Source of the DNA: Macrostomum lignano
Lineage: Eukaryota
Length of the DNA: 40,813 nucleotides
NCBI GenBank assembly: GCA_002269645.1
Contig: NIVC01003662.1
Location: 1 to 40,813 of the forward strand
Direction: 5' to 3'
A program made the position numbers and the translations under genes. Shown here piece after piece: positions 22,432 to 31,421 of this stretch. Under the pieces are notes generated by a model, which did no database searches, had not been told where the DNA came from, and saw nothing but the letters and a program-made list of their open reading frames with translations. Positions within the stretch are counted from its first letter, which is position 1. Each line of letters begins with the position of its first letter.

Positions 22432-23451
22432 TCAGCTGGCACCGAAATGAAATTGTTGAACAAATGATTCGCGTCAGTATAATTCAATTTTGGCTTAAGC
22501 ACAATGCTTTAGTCTGACTGCCCGCGTTTCCTGCAACTCATTTTTGGCCTCTCTGGACGGAAAGCCATGGAGCGGTGCGTGCGCGTGAAGTGTCTGGTCA
22601 CAGCGCGAATATCAACTTCTACTGAAATCAATTTCGTCAGTAGTATCTGCAGTGCATGCATCGGTCTTAGTTTGTTTGAGTAGCTTTTTTAATTCGTGAG
22701 AAGTTCTATCATTTACTCAAAAAATAGCGTCTATGTCCCTAAGCTACTGAACTCAAAATTTAAGCAACCCATGTCGGCTTTTTTTCTCACAAGTGGCGAA
22801 AATCAGCAGTCCCACTTTTCCTGTTGCCGCCATACAAAGTGGCCTATCTAGGCAAGACATGTGGCCTAGAACACGACTGCGCGTTAGCCCTCCATAATTT
22901 TATGACTAAACTCAGACGCTTTTAGGGAAAAAAAGCCTCTTTGTTCTCTTTGGGTGAGCAAGCTACGTCTAAAAAATCGATTGGAATTCTGAGGACCAAA
23001 GCAAACAGCAAACACAGAGACTTCTCTGTCTCTTGGCTCAAATTCCTTGCAAAATGATACTATCAATATTTTGCTTAGCTATACCAGATCTACAATGAAG
23101 AATTGATGCAATTGAATCAACAGTCAGTATCGTGTTTTACCTCAAGCGTGAGTAGCGTGTAGCTACAGGAAAGTTGTCAGGTGTTACGACAGAGAGATTC
23201 GAACACTAAACTTGGCTGGGGATAAAGACAAGGTTGGTGGGGGTTAAAAAAGTGACGCGCAAAGAAATCAATAAACACGTAAAACAGATGAAAAGAAAAG
23301 TTATTCTGCATAAAAAAAAGGATCTGAATTTCGCGAGATAATCCGACGATTTTCAAAATCTAAAAATTTTCATTGCTGTTACTTAACAGTAGTAAGATGT
23401 CACATGCGTATCTAAAAAACTGCAAAACAAAGTCGGGCAATCAGAAAGCAG

Positions 23452-24754
23452 TTATTCGACGAAGGGCAGAACCAGAAACGCAAAAAAATGGCGACAATCG
23501 CCACGCAGCCCACGACGGCTATCAGCCGCTCCACGGCGGTTGAAGCTGTTTTCCAGTCCGAGCGCCTCTCGCCGTCGTCGCCCGCCTTTCTCACCACAGC
23601 GTCGTCGGCGTCTTCCTCAGGCGCCGTCCTGCTGCCGCCTCGCCTCTCACCGCACAGCATCACGCGGCCCAGGCAGCTCACAAACACGAACCGAAGACAC
23701 GACGGCATCGGCTGAGACTCCGCAGCGAAGTGGAACCGAATCGCCACCGACGTCAGCAGCAGAGACGACGTCGACAGCACCATGGCCGCCGTGATGAACG
23801 ACGCCACGGCCGGCATCGACTGCGACTTGGGCAGCAGGCCGTCCAGCAGCAGCAGGAACACCGTATAGCTCAGCATGATGGTGATGCCGAAGCCCAGCTT
23901 CTCTCCGGACTCGACGGGAACGAAGAAGACGAGCACCTGGAGCAGCGTGAGCAGCAGCAGGGGAGTCACCACATTCAACACATAGTAAGTGGACACCCGC
24001 TCGATCTCCAGTCGTACCACGTAGGTCGGCAGTTTCATTTTCGGTTGTCCCTTGAAAACCGCATATTCTTTGTAGCGCACGAACGTGCTCAAGTTCAGCA
24101 GATTCCATTCGCTGTTCCTAACATAGGCCCCCACTTCATTGAATTCCACTGATGGGCCATACTGAAGGCTGCCCTTTTTTACAGCAGGTTGTCCTTTCCC
24201 CGCCCCTGGTCGTTAGCGAACAGCTCCAAGTCGCAGGTGTGCCGATCGAACGGGAACCGACGCATGTCGAATTCGCAGGAGAACTCCCATTCACGCCTCC
24301 AGATGGCTGATACCACTGACTTGTCTGGTGCCACGGATGTGATGAACGGCGGAAACTGTGGACTTAGCAGCTGGTTGTCTCCGATGCCATTGTACACAAA
24401 TATCACAGGAAAGTAGATCTTGCCGATCTCCCAATCCATCACGGTGATGTTGCCAAACTCCTTAGGATCCCAGACCAGTCTTTCCTCATACCAAGTTGCA
24501 AACATCAGGGCAGTAATTTTAATACTCTGCTGTACGCTGTCCACCATCACAATCTGACCCATCACGGTGGACAAGTAGACGCTCATTGACTGACTGTCCA
24601 AGGCTGGTCGCAGAGTCGGGCTGTAGTCCGTGATGTTGTTTTCCAGATACTTCAGCAAAGCCGCTTCGAAATCTTGCTTAGGCATCTTGGAGTAGCAGCT
24701 GGTCAGCTGGGTTGCGATGGCAACAAAAAATAATAATTTGCTGAGTCCTAACAT
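23452..24754 (-). CDS. Atypical Cys-loop receptor subunit (gene 5); two apparent 1-nt deletions in homopolymers; 434 aa if corrected
   Basis: ATG at 24754 (MLGLSKLL...) and Cys-loop CEFDMRRFPFDRHTC. One added base in the C-run at 24198-24201 joins the two ORFs. One added base in the A-run at 23482-23488 restores a paralogue-like end, IFFAFLVLPFVE*, with the stop at 23452-23454. The gene could be a pseudogene or the shifts could be assembly errors. Confidence 0.82.
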
Positions 24755-26239
24755 TTCGGCAAAACTATTAGTCAAAGGCTCGCGTGACGAGTGCATTAAT
24801 TCCACGAGAGTGAATGTCTTTTATGCTGCATCTCGACAGTCTCAACTGTTTCTACACAGCCAATGGAAGTGCAGTTTAACAAAAGCTTTTCCCACCGAAC
24901 AGGTTTGGCAAACATAAGGTTCAGTTGGGTTGAGAGGGTTGGCTGCATATCGAGTTTCTGGATTGCAAAAGCTACAATTTGGAGCGTTCTACCAGTGCGT
25001 TTTACCTTAGGCAAATTTTAACTAGAACTTAATGCCACTCAAACAGTCACACATCGTTGCTGGGAGCTTCCAGTAAGCTTGAAGACAAGAAATTTTACAC
25101 TCAAAGAGCCCATTGCTGAGCCTAGCTGCACATGCCTCTACCACAATGAATCTCTCGAGATCTCTCTCCCATCCCGCGCCGGTAGCTTCAGTCCCAACTA
25201 CTTCTGTTTTGCTAATTCAAAAATCCGTTGTCATGGACGCTAGCGCAAGCTATTTACGGAAAGCAAGTGATATTTATTATTCATGCAGCTGAGTCCACTT
25301 CTCAACAGTGAATTGGAGGGAGGACAATTTTGAATTTCTTCTGAGGCAGTAAAACACAGGTTCTCGCCCACGGACTACTTAAGTAGAAGGACGCGACACG
25401 CGCAAAACGTGCAAATTTTATTGGAGGCTGAATATTCAATTTTATGTAGCTCGACTCCAGAAACTCGCCGAAGTGTAGTTTTTTCACATGATACAAATAA
25501 TTTAGTCCTTGTTCATGTAACATATGTAATGCATGATTAAAACGATGCAGAAACCTTAGAAATTAGTTTCAAGCGACGAAAACTAACTTTTTCTGGTGAG
25601 TTTCGAGTCTCGACGTGCGGCATTTGTAGCACAAAATATAGCTCTTCATTTTGATATAGCACTTATTTTAAGTGATTCTTTTAGCTGTTCATTGTTACTG
25701 TGAAGCGGACCTTTTTGACCTGGTCATAAGAAAACCTATCGCAAGATGTACAGACATAAAACAGATACCACTGATTCTGCGCCAATCGTATCGGATAAAT
25801 AGAGTCAAGACGAACTAAGACGAAAGATTTTAAGAACACGAATTTTGAGTCTTAGTAGCCATTCAATATTTTTATGCCATATTAATATTATTGGCCTTTT
25901 TAAAATGTATGCAAAAAGTATATATCAAAGTGGTATAAGATAGCTAGCAGGTTTCTTGTAGAAAGCAAATGCGAAAACATGCAGTTTAAACAGTATCCAA
26001 CAAAAGCGTACAACGAAATATTTTACAACAAAATGATCTATTGTATCAAGACAACTTGCTATAACATTGCATCAAAAAAACTAACAGTACGCAGTTCTGG
26101 CAAGGCACCACTCATAGTGATCTTCATCATGCAAAGCCAGCTGAATGAAATGCATGTAGTCAATAAGAATAACAAATAGAAATGAGGATAAAGTGCACAA
26201 TCTTGCACCTGGACACGAGTTGGTGGCAAATGATCAGGT

Positions 26240-26490
26240 GTAGTAGGTAAAGTAGGTAGGTAGGTACTAGCTACTTGTTGTAACAGCAGTACAGTGACAG
26301 TTGTAACAGCTCAGCCTTGGACACTTCATTGTCACAACAGTTCTGGAGCATCCTCCTTAAGATGTGTGTACACTTGTTTGTGAGGAAGCCAACCACTCGA
26401 GTATTTGTTCCATGTATACAAAATAGCAACCTCCATGGCCTTGCCTATAGATAGAGAATTCTTTCTCCAGACCATCCAATTGAAAGTCAC
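26240..26490 (-). mobile_element. Decayed P-element/THAP9-like transposase exon
   Basis: After a splice-acceptor-like TCCTTTTCAG the frame reads DFQLDGLEKEFSIYRQGHGGCYFVYMEQILE. From memory, this resembles the QxDxLExxFxxxRQxxGxxY C-terminal catalytic motif of P-type transposases; not verified by search. Confidence 0.5.
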
Positions 26491-27620
26491 CTGAAAAGGA
26501 TAAGGAAAATAGCTGCATAGCATGAATACTTAATGATACACAACCTAAATAAAACAAGTTAATACTTATAATATTATTCATACCTAGCATGACATTTAAA
26601 TTGGAAGTGAGATAAATTGAATTTATTAATTAAGTGAGTTAAATTGAAAGTGGATAGGCCTATATTGTGACATCTGAATACAATACTTCCATGGGTGACC
26701 ATCTAACTGCTGCCCCCCCCCTTAACCAGAGATACTGTGCCGCCATTGAATTTCTATATATTAACAGAAAAACTGATTAAAACAATTTAGGCCCTATATG
26801 CCTCTGAAAGAATATAAGATGAGTAAGTTCTTAAAAACATAAATATCTATAAGTTCTATAGCAAAAATATTAATGCAGTATATATTTTTGAAGCATGGGG
26901 CTATAATTATAAATAGACTGACATCAGTCATAAAAAATATATAGGTTTACCAGTAAAATGATTAATAAGAATAGAATACTTAAAGTTAAATACTTATATT
27001 AATAGGCCTATATTTTATAAATTATCTTAGTCTAAGCCTAGCTAAGTCAATAATAGATAGAAGAGATAGCTTATAGGTTTACCAAGAATACCAACTAATG
27101 CCAATGGTAATGATATACAATAGTTAGCTAGGCCCTATACCTAGATAATGTAGATATAGGCCTATGCCTAATAGTTTAATAATGAAATACTGCAGGCCCC
27201 TATGCTGTAATAACAAATAGCTACATTATATTTTATCATCGCCAGGGTAGTAGCAGTGGGCCCTGACTAGCAAATGTTGATAAATTTCCAAAAAGTATAC
27301 TTGCATAGATGGCCTATGCCTCCTATGGTCTACATACAAATTCTAATTTAAATTAGGTTAGGCTAGCTATGTATAAACGATACATTTCTAAACAGTACTA
27401 AGCTAGACGGAAATTATGTATTGATAAAAAATGGGACAAAAACAAAAAACACTCTAAAAACTAAAAAGATCTGCATTCTATGATAAAAACATTTCAATGC
27501 CCTGCTAAATCTATAGTATACGCTAAGGGAAATTCAGCCTCCAAAAAAAATTACACGAATCGTGCGTGTTGCGTCCTATATAAACGACAATTAAGTAGTC
27601 CGTGTTCTCGCCGTGCGAGT

Positions 27621-28315
27621 CACACCCATTAGGGCCTAGCATCCATTAGGGCCTAGCACCCATTAGGGCCTAGCACCCATTAGGGCCTAACACCCATTAG
27701 GGCCTAACACCCATTAGGGCCTAACACCCATTAGGGCCTAACACCCATAAGGGCAGCTAACACCTATTAGGGCCAAACACCCATTAGGGCCTAACACCCA
27801 TTAGGGCCTAACACCCATTAGGGCCTAACCCCCATTAGGGCCTAACACCCATAAGGGCAGCTAACACCTATTAGGGCCTAACACCCATTAGGGCCTAGCA
27901 CCCATTAGGGCCTAGCACCCATTAGGGCCTAGCACCCATTAGGGCCTAACACCCATTAGGGCCTAACACCCATTAGGGCCTAACACCCATTAGGGCCTAG
28001 CACCCATTAGGGCCTAACACCCATTAGGGCCTAACACCCATTAGGGCCAAACACCCATTAGGGCCTAACACCCATTAGGACCTAACACCCATTAGGGCCT
28101 AGGCACCCATTAGGGCCTAAACACCCATAAGGGCAGCTAACACCTATTAGGGCCAAACACCCATTAGGGCCTAACACCCATTAGGGCCTAACACCCATTA
28201 GGGCCTAACACCCATTAGGGCCTAACACCCATTAGGGCCTAACACCCATTAGGGCCTAACACCCATTAGGGCCTAACACCCATTAGGGCCTAACACCCAT
28301 TAGGGCCTAACACCC
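27621..28315. repeat. 17-nt minisatellite (ACACCCATTAGGGCCTA), about 41 copies, with recurring variant units
   Basis: Read directly. The variant ACACCCATAAGGGCAGCTAACACCT occurs three times. Confidence 0.96.
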
Positions 28316-28508
28316 AGAGTACATGTCTGACGATTAGAAAGTCTGTGCCGCTGTACACGAGTCTAACATAAAGGCTAACTAAGCCGCTCTAACAATAGGA
28401 AAAACTTGAAAATGTACATTTAGTTACGTTTAAATAAAGTAAAAAGTACAATTTAACAGAAGCGTTGACTATCTGTACGACTGCAAATATTATTGCTTGT
28501 TAGTAATG

Positions 28509-29273
28509 TACGAGGGGTGTACCAGAAGTAGTGTCACTTTTGCTTGCTTCCACAAGTATTAATGTGTGTTTAAAAAATCATATGCCCTAAAAGTTAGCAG
28601 CTTATTTTAGCTTTCATGCCACGAAAGTCCGATATTTACAGTATAAGTGCTTCCTGCTGTAAGCAGCATGCATTTGTTCGCATACCCTTAGCCATAGAAA
28701 TACACACCGCATAGTGCTTCTATGCTCACTCAGAACAAAGCCACAAGTACAGCTGATCAAGCACAGAGGTGCAAGACAGCAGCTGCAAGATTTGTTCCAG
28801 TCATGGACCCTAACATTCACTCTACAGAAGGGGAGACATGCAATTTTTACACTTTGGAGTCTTGGTCTGAAATGCCCTGAAATTCGCGAAAACTTGACCC
28901 GCATTCACGGTCCCGATTCCATCAGTTGACGAACAGTTTACAGGTGGATCGAACAGTTTGAGGCTGGCTGTAGATATCAAAGGCCAACCACCTTTGGGTA
29001 AGTTGGCAAAACATACTGCCGGTCAGCCTCGAGCTGGTGTCTTACAACTCTGTGCTTAATCAGCTCTACTTGTGGCTTTCTTCTGAGTGAGCATAGAAGC
29101 ACTATGCGGTGTGTATTTCTATGGCTAAGGGTATGCGAACAAATGCATGCTGCTTACAGCAGGAAGCACTTATAAATATCGGACTTTCGTGGCATGAAGG
29201 CTAAAATAAGCCGCTAACTTTTAAGGCATATGATTTTTTAACACACATTACGTCGTAATACACCTTTTCACGT
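28509..29273 (+). mobile_element. Mariner-derived foldback element: 5' TIR, N-terminal HTH fragment and an inverted copy of its 5' region
   Basis: Starts TA-CGAGGGGTGTACCAGAAGTA. Encodes MDPNI...RHAIFTLWSLGLKCPEIRENLTRIHGPDSIS*RTVYRWIEQFEAG, a mariner HTH-like sequence. Inverted arms lie at about 28560-28785 and 29032-29250. Confidence 0.82.
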
Positions 29274-29300
29274 TCAATTTTGATCAATGTCCAGTTCTAA

Positions 29301-29436
29301 AAAAACTAGCGGAAATTCAATTCAGATTGAATATGATTTTGTGTATGGCTAAACCCTACTTCGGTTAGAATGTTTTGAGCTGGGGTTAGACTGGGCCCCA
29401 GTCTAAATTGTCTGAATTGAATTTCCGCTAGTTTTT
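29301..29436. repeat. Small inverted-repeat element (MITE-like) with perfect 26-bp arms and an internal hairpin
   Basis: AAAAACTAGCGGAAATTCAATTCAGA (29301-29326) is the reverse complement of 29411-29436. An internal TAGACTGGG-C-CCCAGTCTA hairpin lies at about 29387-29405. Confidence 0.75.
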
Positions 29437-29589
29437 CCGCTAGAAGCCACAACAGCACAAGATGTCCTACCGAAAGAAGGTTGCGAGGCGTACAAAAGGC
29501 GAGTTGAAGACCTAGGAACAGAGGAGAACGTTATCAATCTTAGTTTTTATGTCTAGTTCGATCAACTTATTGAAAAACCTGTTGCAAAT

Positions 29590-30915
29590 TCAGTCAACGA
29601 AAGGCCGAACCAGGAACACGCAGAAGATAGCGACGGTGGCCACGCAACCCACGACGGCCATCAGCCGCTCCACAGCGACCGCTGCGACCTGCCACTCCGA
29701 GCGCCTCGGGTCTCCGGAGGTCTCTACAGGCTTCTCGCCGTCATCCCCGCTCGCCTTGCTCACGTTGTCGGCGTCTCCCTCTGGCGCCGTCCTGCTGCCG
29801 CCTCGCCGCTCACCGCACAGCAGCGCGCGGCCCAGGCAGCTCACGAACACGAACCGAAGACACGACGGCATCGGCTGAGACTCCGCAGCGAAGTGGAACC
29901 GAATCGCCACCGACGTCAGCAGCAGAGACGACGTCGACAGCACCATGGCCGCCGTGATGAACGACGCCACGGCCGGCATCGACTGCGACTTGGGCAGCAG
30001 GCCGTCCAGCAGCAGCAGGAACACCGTATAGCTCAGCATGATGGTGATGCCGAAGCCCAGCTTCTCTCCGGACTCGACGGGCACGAAGAAGACGAGCACC
30101 TGGAGCAGCGTGAGCAGCAGCAGGGGAGTCACCACGTTGAGCATGTAGTAAGCGGACACTCGCTCGATCTCCAGTCGCACCACGTAGGTCGGCAGCGGCA
30201 TTTTCGGTAGTTCTTTGAAAACTTTATAAAAGCGGAAGTGCACGAAGGTGCTCACATTTAGTATTCGCCATTCACTGTTTTCTCTATAGGCAGACAACTC
30301 ATTGTATTGCAGACCCTGTGCGAGCATGTTGCCCTTGTGCGGCATCACCAGCTCGTTTCCGCGGCCCATGTCGTACATGTAGAGCTCCAAGTCACAGGTG
30401 TGCTGATCGAACGGGAACTGCCTCATGTCGAACTCGCAGGAAAACTCCCAGCTCCGTTTCCAACTAGCGCTTACTACGGTGGAATTCGGTGACACGGAAG
30501 TCAGGAATGTGGGAATCTGGGGCTTCATCAGCTGATTGTCGCCGATACCATTGTACACAAAAATGATGGGGAACCAGATCTGGCTGGTGCCCCAGTCCAC
30601 GACCGACACTCCCCCGAACTCGGACGCGTCCCACACCAGGCGCTGCTCCTCCCAGGTGGCCAGGAGCAATGCGGAAATCTTGAAGCTCTGGCTGGCGCTG
30701 TCAACATACACAATTTGATTCACCATGACGGCCACAGAGATGTTCACAACCTCCGTGTGGTTAAGTCTTGGTCTGACCATCGGATGATAGTCGGTAATGT
30801 TGTTCTTCAAGTACTTCATGAGCTCGATTTGTGGATCAGATGCGTTGCACAGTGGCAGAGCAGCAACGAGAGCCACTGCTGGCAAAAGCAGCAGGTCCAC
30901 TCTTGGATGAAGCAT
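29590..30915 (-). CDS. Atypical Cys-loop receptor subunit (gene 6), intronless, 441 aa
   Basis: The first ATG is at 30915 (the ORF track begins at a TTG, 30927). Signal peptide, Cys-loop CEFDMRQFPFDQHTC, shared cassette, and EWQVAAVAVERL. Confidence 0.95.
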   Translation of the reverse strand: MLHPRVDLLLLPAVALVAALPLCNASDPQIELMKYLKNNITDYHPMVRPRLNHTEVVNISVAVMVNQIVYVDSASQSFKISALLLATWEEQRLVWDASEFGGVSVVDWGTSQIWFPIIFVYNGIGDNQLMKPQIPTFLTSVSPNSTVVSASWKRSWEFSCEFDMRQFPFDQHTCDLELYMYDMGRGNELVMPHKGNMLAQGLQYNELSAYRENSEWRILNVSTFVHFRFYKVFKELPKMPLPTYVVRLEIERVSAYYMLNVVTPLLLLTLLQVLVFFVPVESGEKLGFGITIMLSYTVFLLLLDGLLPKSQSMPAVASFITAAMVLSTSSLLLTSVAIRFHFAAESQPMPSCLRFVFVSCLGRALLCGERRGGSRTAPEGDADNVSKASGDDGEKPVETSGDPRRSEWQVAAVAVERLMAVVGCVATVAIFCVFLVRPFVD

Positions 30916-31421
30916 TGCCAAACTCAAAATAAGAAAGTGTTTGCCGAAACTCAGCCCCTCTCTGGATAAATATCAGCTTTTGTAGGATCTTTTTCCTTAG
31001 TTCAACACAATTTATTTTAACGTCGATTTTTATCGATCGGCCTTAAATTTAACGAACCAACAGCAAAAATTTCTCAAATTGATTTCTCAACCACCACTAT
31101 GTAGTTGCCAGAATTCTTCCCGCTAATTGGCTAGGCACCTAGATACCAATTAAAAAGAGCATGGGATGTGGCACAAGAAATGATTGACACTTGTAGTAAA
31201 ATCCACTCTCGACAAAAATTTAGCATTCAGCCAAAAGAGCGAAGCGTGGAAATTGATTCTCAAGATCTGTTTAGCAACTATGTTAACAATTACGTTTTGG
31301 ATTTGGCAAGGATTCTGTTTACCTCAGAGGATAATATTCAGCATTACTTTTAGTAGAAGAGACGATATTTTAATCTCAAAAATGCTTTACGCGAGCAATC
31401 TACGTTTTATAATCGTCTCAT

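Noticed and set aside
24172-24182. Micro-intron (GT...AG) explaining the gene 5 frameshift
   Set aside because: The only GT-AG candidate is 9 nt; it is too short and its removal would not change the frame.
13056-28315. CRISPR-like arrays
   Set aside because: All arrays are head-to-tail tandem repeats without unique spacers, no cas genes are present, and the context is eukaryotic.
27621-28315. True interstitial telomere or chromosome-fusion site
   Set aside because: There are no (TTAGGG)n runs; the hexamer occurs once per 17-nt unit.
7935-31135. Shared CCAAT boxes upstream of several receptor genes
   Set aside because: Position and orientation vary, and a 5-7-mer is expected by chance at this density.
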